DNA of 64,000 bases from Bradymonadales bacterium. GTDB taxonomy: Bacteria; Myxococcota_A; Bradymonadia; JAFGEP01. A program made the position numbers and the translations under genes. The notes beneath the pieces were generated by a model. It saw nothing but the letters and a program-made list of their open reading frames with translations, did no database searches and had not been told where the DNA came from. Location of the stretch: positions 12,459-76,458 of the forward strand of contig JAFGEP010000110.1 in NCBI GenBank assembly GCA_016931535.1, given 5' to 3'. Positions within the stretch are counted from its first letter, which is position 1. The number at the start of each line of letters is the position of its first letter. This document shows positions 20,010 through 29,560 of the stretch, in pieces.

Positions 20010-20057
20010 AGCAAGATCGGGTTTGGGGTGCCCTGCGCAACCCCTCGATTTTCCTTA

Positions 20058-20130
20058 TGGAGGCTAAGGGACTCGAACCCTCGACCTCAGGCTTGCAAAG
20101 CCCGCGCTCTCCCAGCTGAGCTAAGCCCCC
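20058..20130 (-). tRNA. tRNA-Ala(TGC)
   Basis: GGGGGCTTAGCTCAGCTGGGAGAGCG...TTTGCAA...GGTTCGAGTCCCTTAGCCTCCA; G3:U70 Ala identity pair; 3' CCA tail not encoded. Confidence 0.97.
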
Positions 20131-20158
20131 GGCGCTGACTGGTGGCCAAGAAAGACGA

Positions 20159-20178
20159 ATCGGGCCCGAAAGCCCGAT
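20159..20178. other. Stem-loop in the tRNA spacer
   Basis: ATCGGGC-N6-GCCCGAT; on the transcribed strand the loop contains UUCG. Confidence 0.6.
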
Positions 20179-20205
20179 CTGGTTTCTGGCTGGTGGTCAG
20201 CCCTA

Positions 20206-20279
<74 letters not shown>

Positions 20280-20352
20280 GCCGCGGTCGATCGTGCCCCT
20301 GGTCGGAGCCTCGGCGGTGGCTGCCGCCGACGCCCGCCCGAAAGACGGAGGC

Positions 20353-20380
20353 AGTCTACTGGGAAAGTTGTGTCTGTCAA
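20353..20380 (-). promoter_or_regulatory. Sigma70-type promoter of the tRNA-Ile/Ala operon
   Basis: Minus-strand TTGACA-N16-TAGACT, 73 bp upstream of tRNA-Ile. Confidence 0.72.
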
Positions 20381-20471
20381 GTCGGTCTTGATCCTTTGGT
20401 GAATCTGGTGAACCTCCTTGCGATGAAGACGGGCTCGCCCTACACTCGGCCAAACCGCGAAGGTGACGGAT

Positions 20472-21578
20472 ATGGCCATCAAACGGCAGAAGAAAGGTCA
20501 ACTCGGGGGGGGAAATACTGGCAGCTCGGTCTGGGGGATGGCGCTGATCATGCTTGGACTGCTGATCGCGCTGGCCTTGCTCGTCTTTTTAGCCGAGCGG
20601 AACACCAACGCCGGTCTGGGGGCGACCCCCTGGGAGCAGTTCGGGAACTCCCTCTGGTTGACCATCGTGACCGTGGGCACGGTGGGCTATGGAGACATCG
20701 CGGCGGTGACCTGGCCCGGCAAGCTGATCACCATCGGGATCATCTTCACCGCCGTCCTGGGGTTGGGCTTTCTGGTGACGCGCATCGAAACCGCGGTTGG
20801 CGAACGCCACCGCATGCGAGAGCTGGGCATGGATGGAACGACCTTCCGCAATCACACCCTCATCTGCTACTGGACCTCGATCTCGGCCGTTGCGCTCAAG
20901 GAGCTGCTGGCAGCCGAGCGCCAGGTAGCGGTCATCACCGAGGATCAGAACCATATCCCCCTCATCCGGCAGCTCGGTGATCCCCATTCGCTGTTCGTGA
21001 CGGTGGGCGATCCGACCAACGAGGACACGCTTGTGCGGTGCAACATCAAGCAGGTGCACACGGTGATCGCCGCCTCGGACGAGGACACCCAGAACCTGAT
21101 CGTGGCCCTGGAGGCCAAGCAGCTCAACCCCAAGGCCCGGATCATCGTTTCCACCAAGCGTTCCGAGCTGAGGGCCACGTTGACCTCCAGTGGGGTCACC
21201 TACGTCGCCTCGCCCTACGAGATGTCGGGACGGCTGGTGGCCAGCGCCGCCTTCGAGCCGGAGGTGGCCCTGTTCATCGAGGATGTCAGCTCGGGGGCCA
21301 AGGATGGGGAGGAGGGGTATGATCTCCAGCAGTTCGCTCTGCCCGAGGGGAGCAGGCTGTGCAACCTGTCGGTGGCTCAGATCAACGAAGCCCTCAAGCA
21401 GATCAAGGGGCCCTTGCTGGTGGCCATCGCCAAGCATGTCGGGGATGGGCATTTCAAGGTGCAGCCCCATCCGTCCGACGAGATCGTCCTGGAGGCCCGC
21501 GACAGTCTGATCGTGCTGGGCAACGAGGAGCAGAACGGCCGGGTTGCCGACATGCTGGGGGTTCTGCAAGGACGTTAG
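20472..21578 (+). CDS. 2-TM potassium channel with RCK (TrkA-N/C) domains
   Basis: Selectivity filter TVGTVGYGD; GDPTNEDTLVRCNI; C-terminal RCK_C-like segment. Confidence 0.92.
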   Translation: MAIKRQKKGQLGGGNTGSSVWGMALIMLGLLIALALLVFLAERNTNAGLGATPWEQFGNSLWLTIVTVGTVGYGDIAAVTWPGKLITIGIIFTAVLGLGFLVTRIETAVGERHRMRELGMDGTTFRNHTLICYWTSISAVALKELLAAERQVAVITEDQNHIPLIRQLGDPHSLFVTVGDPTNEDTLVRCNIKQVHTVIAASDEDTQNLIVALEAKQLNPKARIIVSTKRSELRATLTSSGVTYVASPYEMSGRLVASAAFEPEVALFIEDVSSGAKDGEEGYDLQQFALPEGSRLCNLSVAQINEALKQIKGPLLVAIAKHVGDGHFKVQPHPSDEIVLEARDSLIVLGNEEQNGRVADMLGVLQGR

Positions 21579-21601
21579 CGTAGCAAAAGGAGGAGGAACC
21601 G

Positions 21602-22801
21602 ATGGCTGCTTTGGGTATTGGTGAGATCTTGTTGATCCTGCTCATGGGCGGGCTGGCCCCCAACGACCTGGAGCCGTTGGCGGCCAACCAGGCGCTGCAG
21701 TATATGCCCGCCCAGTGCGAGGCCATGGCCTTCGCCGATCTTCGGGGGGCGGAGACCACGCTCAACGGGTGGCTCGAGATGATCAGAGGGCAGACCTGGT
21801 TGATGAGTCAGCCGGAGGTGGCTGCCAAGGTGGCGGAGTTCTCCCAGATGCTGGCGATGGCGCACACCCAGGCGCCCCTGATGTTGGGATTCGATCCGTT
21901 CACCCAGCTCAGCTCGTTGAGCGCCTGTGTCCGTCTGGGTCGAACTGCCGAGGGGATGCCTCGGCCCGAGTTCCTGGTGGTGATCCAGGGGAGCTTCGAG
22001 CCCTCTGCGGCGGGGATGCTGGCCGGCCAGATCGGTTTGCTCCAACAGACCCAGGTGCCTACGGGGCAGATCGTGTACGGGGTGACGGAGGGGGAGATGA
22101 TGGTCAGTCTCACCGCGATCGCTCCTGGCGTACTGCTCCTGGGGACCAAGGCGCTGGTCGACCCGCTGCTGGCCACCGGAGGATCTCCGCCGGTCCAAGC
22201 GATCACGCCGGGTTCTCTGGGAGGCCGGGTCACCGAGCTGATGATGGGAGGGGCCCACAGCTTTTTTGGTTTCCAGCCTGGTCCCGAGCTGCGGGCCATG
22301 ATGGTCGGGGAGATGCCGGCCAGCCTGGCCGAGCTGGTCAGCGGCATGGGCCGGGCGGTGGTGGTCACCAGGCCGGGCGCCTTCACCTTCGAGGTCACCG
22401 CCTTGACCGCCCCCATCCAGCACCGATACGAGCTGCTCCTGGAAGGGATCAAGGAGTACATACTGGCTTTCAACCATGGTCTTCGGGCGTTCCTCTGGGG
22501 AGGGGCGGGCTTGCTCTCTCCGAACGACCCGGAGCTGGATCCGCTCTTGCGGTCGATGCTGGCGAATCGGGAGGAGATCCTGACGTTCGTTGAGGGGCAG
22601 CTCATGTCGGCCGATCCGGAGGTCCTGATGCTCTCCGATCCGCTCACCCTCACCACAACGCTCAACGTGAACGGACCGGCGATTTGGCAGTCTCTTTCCG
22701 GCACCATGATGTTGGGGGGGATGTTCGCCTTTCTGTCGGCCAGGTCTGATGTTCCCCCGCCCTATCCTGCTCCCAATTCCCCTCCCCCCCCGAATCCCTA
22801 G
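21602..22801 (+). CDS. Hypothetical membrane-anchored/exported protein
   Basis: Strong RBS AGGAGGA; hydrophobic N-terminus; Pro-rich C-terminus. Confidence 0.7.
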   Translation: MAALGIGEILLILLMGGLAPNDLEPLAANQALQYMPAQCEAMAFADLRGAETTLNGWLEMIRGQTWLMSQPEVAAKVAEFSQMLAMAHTQAPLMLGFDPFTQLSSLSACVRLGRTAEGMPRPEFLVVIQGSFEPSAAGMLAGQIGLLQQTQVPTGQIVYGVTEGEMMVSLTAIAPGVLLLGTKALVDPLLATGGSPPVQAITPGSLGGRVTELMMGGAHSFFGFQPGPELRAMMVGEMPASLAELVSGMGRAVVVTRPGAFTFEVTALTAPIQHRYELLLEGIKEYILAFNHGLRAFLWGGAGLLSPNDPELDPLLRSMLANREEILTFVEGQLMSADPEVLMLSDPLTLTTTLNVNGPAIWQSLSGTMMLGGMFAFLSARSDVPPPYPAPNSPPPPNP

Positions 22802-23045
22802 GCGGGGGTTCCCACAGTCGATCCCCATCAGAAACCTGACAAGATCGGTGGCGGGTGTCAGAAAGCTGTGATCGAAGGGGGCTGGTGAAGCCGGCCGGCG
22901 ATTTTCCAACCTGTTGATGTTTTTGGGAATATTCTGGGAGCCTGGGGTTGGCACCTCTTTTGCTTGCTCGATCGGTGCGGTCTGGTCCTGTCGAACCCAG
23001 ACCGCACCTGTACCGCCTGACGCCTGCACGAAGGAGGAAACGAAC

Positions 23046-26000
23046 ATGTCCCGATCCAACTCGATACGACGATTCGGTTATCTGGCCGCCCTTGGGGTGT
23101 TTTGCCTGGCCCTTCTCCCTGCGGGTTGCGGCGGCCAGGAGACGGATCCCCAGGGGCAAGGTCCCACCGGACCCACGGGGCCGACCGGACCCACGGGGCC
23201 GACCGGACCCACGGGGCCGACCGGGCCGGAGGATCCCCAACCCGACCCCATCACCGGTCAGACCGACTTCGTGTCGGCGGGACAGCAGGCAGGGAGCCAT
23301 TCTCAGGACAACAGCTACGCCGGCGGAGATGGCGAGGCGGTGCCGACGGCTGAGGAAGACAGCTCACGGGATGAGGAGCGGACGGTGGAGGAGGGCGACA
23401 TCTACCGCGTCCTCGGCAACCAGCTGATCTTGAACCTCAACTCCTATCGAGGGCTGCAGATCATCGATTTTTCCGATCTGGCCAATCCCGAGGTCATCGG
23501 GCGAGTTCCCATCTCGGGTTATCCGGTCGAGCTGTACGTGGTCGGGGAACGGGCCTTCATCCTGATGAACAACTGGACCGGGTACTGGGGCAGCCGGGAC
23601 GACGTGGCGGTCGAGACCTACTACGGTGGCGTGGTGGCGGTGGCCGATATCAGCGATCCCAGCGACCCGATCATCACCGATCACCAGCGGGTACCGGGCT
23701 GGATCCAGACCAGCCGGCTGACCCGCGGAGGGGGCCACGAGGCGCTCTTCGTGGTGAGCAACGACTGGGCCAGCGGCTCCGGGACCACGCGGGTCCGGAG
23801 CTTCACCGTCTCGGGGGCGGGCAAGCTCGATCCTCGGTCGGAGATCGACCTGGGCGGCTACGTCACCGACATCCAGGGTTTTCCCTCCCACCTGACGGTC
23901 GCCACCTACGACTACGACTGGTACACCCAGAAGAGCCGGGTGTTCGTCATCGATATCTCCGATCCCTACGGGACGATGGTGCTGGGCCAGGATGTCGAGG
24001 TGGCCGGCTACGTGCGCAACAAGACCAACATGGACATCTATAATGGGGTCCTGCGGGTGGCTTCGGACAATCGCTGGTGGGGCTGGGGCGATGACAACGC
24101 CAACCACCTGCAGACCTTCGACATCACGGACATCCAGAACCCGGTGGCAGTGGATCACGTCACCTTTGGGCCGGGCGAGGACCTGTACGCCACGCTCTTT
24201 CTGGGCAACAAGGCGTTCTTCGTGACCTTCCGGCAGATCGACCCCTTCCACGCCTTCTTCATCGACGATGCGGGGAACTGCACCGAGATGTCCCAGTTCG
24301 AGATCTCGGGCTGGAACGATTTCTTCCGGCCGGTGTTCGACGAGACCCGGCTGATCGGCATCGGCGTGAACGACGATGCCGGTCGGACCATGGCGGTCAG
24401 CCTGTACGACATCACCGACCTGTCCAACCCCGACCCGTTCATCGGTCGGGCCGAGGTGGATGCGACCTACAGCTGGTCTGAGGCGCAGTGGGACGACCGA
24501 GCCTTCTCGGTGCTGGAGGATGCGATCCTGGTAGAGGCGGAGGACGGCACCCTGGAGACCGGCCTGGTGCTGCTGCCGTTTACCGGCTACGACTACACGA
24601 CGGGCGACTACACCGCCGCCGCCCAGATCTTCACCTTCTCCGAGAGCACCTTGACCCGGCGCGGGGTCATGGAGCACGGGACGCCGGTGCGCCGCACCTT
24701 CCTGGCCCAGGACGACGTCTCGGCCAACCTCTCGGAGATGGCGCTGAGCCTGTTCGACCACAGCGATCCGGACGAGCCGGAGGAGCTGGGCCGGGTGGAT
24801 CTGGCGCCTGACTATGCCGATTTCCTGGTCTTCGGCGACTATGCCGTCCGGCTGAAGAACAACGGTGGGTACTGGAGCTGGTGGTACTGGGATGCGGGCG
24901 AGGGCCTGCCCAATACCGCCGAGATCATCCCCTTGAGCGAGCATCCGGATACGGCGGTGCCGGTGGCCACCATCGAGCTCCCCTCGAGCGCCTTCATCCA
25001 GAAGGTGGGGGATCTGCTGGTGTCGATCTCGACCGTCTGGCAGTACTCGGGTGACACTGGAACCTACCTGACCACCATCCAGGTGGACGACCTGCGCAAT
25101 CCCACCCGTCCGGTACACCGCGGCCGTTTGACCACGACCGAGATCGAGCCGAGCTACTACTACGGCGGGTACTACCCGGAAGATTGCTTCAATTGCGGGA
25201 TGCGATACGCCGGGTACTATTACAACCCCTCCTCCTACGTGGTAGGAGAGGCGCTGGTCTTCGCCAACAATATCTGGGAGAACCGGCTGCTGGGGCACGA
25301 GGAGTCGTGCAATCGCTACCCCAGCAACTCGGACAGCTGCTACTACTACTACGACCTGGAGGACGGCTCGTCGGAGGGGGTCGACTCGGGGGATGGCTCT
25401 TCCGAGGACGAGGAGTGCGCCTACTACAGCGGGGGCATCTACTGCAGGAGCCTGGATGGGGCCGAGGAGGTCTGCACGGGCGCGATCTATCGCTGCGTCT
25501 ACGATGAAGACGGCAACATCACCTGCGAGGAGGTGGATCCGGACACCATCGAGACCTACGAGTACTGCTACGACTACGATCGGTACGAGTACTGGACGCA
25601 CTTCGCCTTCGACGTGGTGGACCTGACCGATCCCGACGCCCCAACCCTGCTGGATGAGATCGTCATGCCGGTCGAGGAGCGGGCGGCAGGGCTCCTGGCG
25701 GATGGCTCGGACCTGTACGTCAACTACAGCATCCCGGAGGAGGTGGAGGGGGACAGCCGGCCGTACCAGCGCTACTTCTTCAAGGTGCTCGATCTGAGCG
25801 ATCCGGCCGCCGCTCAAGTGGGTCCGTCCATCAACATCCCCGGCATCCTGCTGGCGGTGGATGGGGACACCCTCTTCACCAAGGACATGGTGTGGGGTGC
25901 CACAGTGGTGGAGAGCGCCATCAACAAGCTTCGGGTGGTGGACGACCTGGCCTACCTGCAGGCACGCCGGCGGTTTCCCGACCAGGAGGTGTACAACATC

Positions 26001-26390
26001 CTGCTCGATGGCCGAGGCCGGGTGCTGGTCAGCCATCGGACCGCCTGGCAGATCGCCTACAGCCAGCCCGATTTCGACTACGACGAGTGGGTGCAGAAGC
26101 TGACCATCCTTGATGCCGGAAGCGCCAGCTTCGCAGTGCTCTCCGAGTTCTCGGTGGATGTGTGGGCGAGCCTCCAGGCGGCTCACCTGGGACGCGCGCT
26201 GTTCACGGTCTCGGGCGGCATCCTGGTGGTCAACGTCGCCGACCCGGCCAATCCCTTCGCCCAGGCCTACTTCCCGGTGATGGGTTGGCCTAACCGGCTG
26301 GTTCCCCACGACACGGTCATCGACTTCGCCGCGGGCCGATACGGCATGTATCGCTTCAGCCTCGACGAGTTCAACCTGTTGACCGACTGA
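23046..26390 (+). CDS. Beta-propeller domain lipoprotein (Beta_propel-like) with a collagen-like linker
   Basis: RBS AAGGAGG; lipobox PAGC; (GPT)6; TVEEGDIY, GEDLYATLF, FVTFRQIDP, ISGWNDFFRP. Confidence 0.85.
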   Translation: MSRSNSIRRFGYLAALGVFCLALLPAGCGGQETDPQGQGPTGPTGPTGPTGPTGPTGPTGPEDPQPDPITGQTDFVSAGQQAGSHSQDNSYAGGDGEAVPTAEEDSSRDEERTVEEGDIYRVLGNQLILNLNSYRGLQIIDFSDLANPEVIGRVPISGYPVELYVVGERAFILMNNWTGYWGSRDDVAVETYYGGVVAVADISDPSDPIITDHQRVPGWIQTSRLTRGGGHEALFVVSNDWASGSGTTRVRSFTVSGAGKLDPRSEIDLGGYVTDIQGFPSHLTVATYDYDWYTQKSRVFVIDISDPYGTMVLGQDVEVAGYVRNKTNMDIYNGVLRVASDNRWWGWGDDNANHLQTFDITDIQNPVAVDHVTFGPGEDLYATLFLGNKAFFVTFRQIDPFHAFFIDDAGNCTEMSQFEISGWNDFFRPVFDETRLIGIGVNDDAGRTMAVSLYDITDLSNPDPFIGRAEVDATYSWSEAQWDDRAFSVLEDAILVEAEDGTLETGLVLLPFTGYDYTTGDYTAAAQIFTFSESTLTRRGVMEHGTPVRRTFLAQDDVSANLSEMALSLFDHSDPDEPEELGRVDLAPDYADFLVFGDYAVRLKNNGGYWSWWYWDAGEGLPNTAEIIPLSEHPDTAVPVATIELPSSAFIQKVGDLLVSISTVWQYSGDTGTYLTTIQVDDLRNPTRPVHRGRLTTTEIEPSYYYGGYYPEDCFNCGMRYAGYYYNPSSYVVGEALVFANNIWENRLLGHEESCNRYPSNSDSCYYYYDLEDGSSEGVDSGDGSSEDEECAYYSGGIYCRSLDGAEEVCTGAIYRCVYDEDGNITCEEVDPDTIETYEYCYDYDRYEYWTHFAFDVVDLTDPDAPTLLDEIVMPVEERAAGLLADGSDLYVNYSIPEEVEGDSRPYQRYFFKVLDLSDPAAAQVGPSINIPGILLAVDGDTLFTKDMVWGATVVESAINKLRVVDDLAYLQARRRFPDQEVYNILLDGRGRVLVSHRTAWQIAYSQPDFDYDEWVQKLTILDAGSASFAVLSEFSVDVWASLQAAHLGRALFTVSGGILVVNVADPANPFAQAYFPVMGWPNRLVPHDTVIDFAAGRYGMYRFSLDEFNLLTD
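23166..23219 (+). repeat. Coding tandem repeat, 18 bp x3 (ACCGGACCCACGGGGCCG)
   Basis: Encodes part of the GPT triplet run. Confidence 0.9.
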
Positions 26391-26434
26391 TCGGCAACGC
26401 GGCTCGCCTCTCGACCCTCCCCTGACCGCCAACC

Positions 26435-26476
26435 GGGCCAAGCCCCTCACCTTCCGCCAAGCACGGGGCTTGGCCC
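26435..26476. terminator. Inverted repeat between convergent genes (possible bidirectional terminator)
   Basis: GGGCCAAGCCCC-N18-GGGGCTTGGCCC; no U-tract. Confidence 0.45.
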
Positions 26477-26542
26477 CCCAACCTATGGGCTGTTGCCAGC
26501 CAGCCGTGCATCGAAACCCCGGATTGGCGCTTGGCCCCCCCA

Positions 26543-27100
26543 CTATGGGCTGCAGGCATCGGGCAGCTCCAGGATCTCGATGGACACCCGGGTATGCCCC
26601 GGACCGATGAGATCGATCTCCTCGGCGGCCCGCCGGGAGAGGTCGATGAGGGTTCGCCGTCCATCGGGTCCCCTGTCGTTGATGCGGACCACCACCGACT
26701 GCCGGGTGTCGCATCGGATCACGCGGACCACGCTGCCGAAGGGCAGGCTGGGGTGGGCGGCGGTGAGATCGTGCATGTCGAACCGCTCTCCGCTGGCGGT
26801 GGTGCGTCCGTGATGGCGTTGGCCGTACCAGCGGGCCTCGCCGGTCAGGTGGCTGCGGCTGACACCGGGGGGTGGGTCGATGGGGTCGCCGACCTTTTCA
26901 CCGGGTGCCGAGCAGCCGGACAAGGCGAGGGCGAGCAGGAGGAGAAGGGCGAATCGAGGGCGCCGGCGGGAGCTGTGGTGTGGCGAGGCGGGATGGCTGC
27001 GGGTCGAGCAGCGACCTCCGCTTGTTGGCCGGGTTTTGCTCCAACAACCGGATGGGAAGGGGGGTCGAGGCGGTAGCGCCGGGTCAAAGCGCGGATCCAT
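26543..27100 (-). CDS. rlpA: Septal ring lytic transglycosylase RlpA-family lipoprotein
   Basis: LSGC lipobox; WYG..HGRTTASGERFDMHDLTAAHPSLPFGS, VRINDRGP, IDLSRRAA. Start uncertain. Confidence 0.88.
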   Translation of the reverse strand: MDPRFDPALPPRPPFPSGCWSKTRPTSGGRCSTRSHPASPHHSSRRRPRFALLLLLALALSGCSAPGEKVGDPIDPPPGVSRSHLTGEARWYGQRHHGRTTASGERFDMHDLTAAHPSLPFGSVVRVIRCDTRQSVVVRINDRGPDGRRTLIDLSRRAAEEIDLIGPGHTRVSIEILELPDACSP

Positions 27101-27102
27101 GG

Positions 27103-29430
27103 CTAGCTCCTGGGCAAGGAGAACGGCAGCTCGACGATGGGAGGGTCTCCATACAGCCAGCGGTAGATCCAGTAGGTCATGAGGACGCGCTTGGTGTAGT
27201 CGCGGGTCTGCTGGTAGGGGATCTCCTCCACGAAGCGGTCGAGGTCGAGCTGGCCCCGTTCGCTCAACCAGCGATCGACGTTGCCTTCCCCGCCGTTGTA
27301 GCCGGCGATGGTCAAGGCCGGGTGGCCGCCATAGCGACTGCTCAGCAGGGAGAGGTACTCGGCGCCCAGGGCGATAGAGGTGGCTGGGCGGAAGAGATCG
27401 GCCTCCCTGGGGCGGCGCATGTCCAGTCGTTCCGCCATGCTCCGGGCGGTGGGCAGCATGAGCTGCATCAGCCCTCGGGCGTTGGCCCAGGATTCGGCCC
27501 TGGGGTTGAAGCCGCTCTCCTCGCGCATGATGGCGTAGACCAGGAAGGGGTCGAGCTGGCGTGGCTGGGCGGCCTCCTCGATCTGCTGCTGGAAGGGAAG
27601 CGGGTAGGCGAGGTGCCACTGCTCCCGGGTGTCGGCGTCGGGGTAGCGGGTGAGGAAGGAGCGGATCAGTCGCCGAGGGATGTTGTGAGAGATGTGGTAG
27701 GCGTGGGCTCGGTCGTACAGGAAGGTGACGACCCACAGCAGGCCGTCCTGGTTGGGGTTTTCCTGCAGGAGCTGGTCGAACTGGCGCTGGGCCAGGTCGA
27801 GGAGGCCGAGTCGCAGCAGCATGAGGCCTCTCTGGAAGGCGGGTTCCTGGAGGATCTGGGGGGGTTGAACGGGAACGGCTGCGGGGGGTTCGGTCTGAGG
27901 CTGTTCGTGGAGATCGGCCAGCAGCTCCTCGGTCCGCTGGGGAGCCAGGGTCGCCAATCGGTTGAAGGCGAGCAGGGCGTAGTAGCTCAGAGGCACCTCG
28001 CGGATGACCGTCTCGTAGCCTTGCTGGGCGGCCCGGTCATCGCCCGAGAGCTGGAGGGCTCGGGCGCGGAAATAGGCGATGCGGCCGCGATTGTAGAGGC
28101 TGTCCTCTCCGGTGCGCAGGGCGATGGCGTCGGCGAAGGAGATGGCATCCTGGTAGCCGTTGGCCGAGAAGGCGTCCTCGAAGAGCAGCCAGTGGGCGTC
28201 CGCCAGCATGTCGCCGGTAGGGAAGCGATGTACCTGCTGTTCGAGCAGCTGGAGAAAGCGGGTCCGGTTGCCGCGCTGGCGTTCGATCCGGGCCTCGTAG
28301 AGCATGGCGTCGTCGGCGTAGGTGTGTTGTGCATGCTCGCTGTAGAGGCGCCGGAAGGCTTGGATGGCCTCTTCATCCCGATCCACGTTCCACAGGGCCC
28401 GTCCCAGGTTGTATAGCGATTTGACCACCAGGTCCTGGTCGGCGCAGCCCGAGTCGACGATGCGCTGGTAGAAGGGGATGGCCTCGGTATGACGGCGCAG
28501 CTTGGAGTAGCTCTTTCCGATCAGGAAGGCAGCCTGGCAGCCGGCAGGGGTGCCGGCCCCCAGCCGATCCAGGTCGTCGCACAACAGGTCGATGACCTGC
28601 TGGCTGCGGTGCCGCTGGAACAGGGCGTCGGCTCTGGTGAGGATCTCCTCGTCGGTGAAACGGGAGAACCCTTCCCTCGACTCCTCGGGCAGGTGCTGCA
28701 GGATCGCCTCCAGCCGCTGAGAGGCGGTCTGCTCCTCGGAGCTTCCAGGGTAGCGGTTGGATACGCGGTGAAAAAGCTGGGCCGCACCCTGGTAGTCCTC
28801 CAGCTCCACCCGGGTTTCGGCCAGCTCCAGCTCCACCTGAGCCAGGTAGTAGGCGTTGGGATAGCGCTCCAGGAAGGTTTCCAGGAGGGGGACGGCCTGC
28901 AACGGCAATCCGAGCTGTCGCAACGCCTGGGCCTCCAAGAAGGTGCTCCTGGGACGAAAGACCGAACGCTCCGAGACCAGTCGCGCCAGCCGGACGGACT
29001 GCTCCAGGTGGTTCAGCGCAAGGGCGGACTGGGCGGCAAAGTAGTAGGCATGGTCCGCCAGGACGGCGACCATGGGAGCCACGGCGGACAGAACCGACTC
29101 GGCGGTCTGGTGGTCGCCGTTGTGGTGGGCCAGCACTCCCAGCAAGAAGCGGGCATAGATCAGGTCCGGATGATCGGGGTTGGCCTCGATCCACTCTTGC
29201 AGTTCCACCTGGCACTGTGGCCCGTCCCCGGCGCTCAGCCGGGCACCCACCTGGGAGGGGGTTCCCGAAGGGAACATGGGGGTGATCGCTTCCTGGCTCA
29301 GCATGGTCGGTCCGGCCTGGTGAGGATCTCGAGTCAGGGCGCGAACTTGCGGCTGTTGGGCCTGGGATGTGGACATCAGGCCTGCGGCCATGGTCAGGAC
29401 AACCACAACCTTGGTCCATCTCGACTTCAT
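27103..29430 (-). CDS. slt: Soluble lytic murein transglycosylase (Slt70-like) with TPR-like superhelix
   Basis: YAIMREESGFNPRA, ARGLMQLMP, AGYNGGEG, EEIPYQQTRDYTKRV. Confidence 0.9.
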   Translation of the reverse strand: MKSRWTKVVVVLTMAAGLMSTSQAQQPQVRALTRDPHQAGPTMLSQEAITPMFPSGTPSQVGARLSAGDGPQCQVELQEWIEANPDHPDLIYARFLLGVLAHHNGDHQTAESVLSAVAPMVAVLADHAYYFAAQSALALNHLEQSVRLARLVSERSVFRPRSTFLEAQALRQLGLPLQAVPLLETFLERYPNAYYLAQVELELAETRVELEDYQGAAQLFHRVSNRYPGSSEEQTASQRLEAILQHLPEESREGFSRFTDEEILTRADALFQRHRSQQVIDLLCDDLDRLGAGTPAGCQAAFLIGKSYSKLRRHTEAIPFYQRIVDSGCADQDLVVKSLYNLGRALWNVDRDEEAIQAFRRLYSEHAQHTYADDAMLYEARIERQRGNRTRFLQLLEQQVHRFPTGDMLADAHWLLFEDAFSANGYQDAISFADAIALRTGEDSLYNRGRIAYFRARALQLSGDDRAAQQGYETVIREVPLSYYALLAFNRLATLAPQRTEELLADLHEQPQTEPPAAVPVQPPQILQEPAFQRGLMLLRLGLLDLAQRQFDQLLQENPNQDGLLWVVTFLYDRAHAYHISHNIPRRLIRSFLTRYPDADTREQWHLAYPLPFQQQIEEAAQPRQLDPFLVYAIMREESGFNPRAESWANARGLMQLMLPTARSMAERLDMRRPREADLFRPATSIALGAEYLSLLSSRYGGHPALTIAGYNGGEGNVDRWLSERGQLDLDRFVEEIPYQQTRDYTKRVLMTYWIYRWLYGDPPIVELPFSLPRS

Positions 29431-29560
29431 GGTGTCGTCCTCGATGGCCTGGGTTTCTGGCCGGCACGTTGACTTACCGCCCGTACCGGCAGTCCACCCA
29501 CCTTACCGAGGGGACGATCCAGTGGCAAATTCTGTTGGGAGGGCGGCCGAGGGTGGGGGT

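Noticed and set aside
23166-23219. Short repeats as a possible CRISPR array
   Set aside because: Contiguous coding repeats with no spacers and no cas genes; no CRISPR array was seen in the window.
23364-26714. 1116-aa minus-strand ORF
   Set aside because: Antisense shadow of the beta-propeller gene; long stop-free antisense frames are expected in GC-rich coding DNA.
27101-27736. N-terminal extension of the RlpA ORF
   Set aside because: It overlaps slt in another frame; an ATG right after the slt stop gives a normal-sized RlpA.
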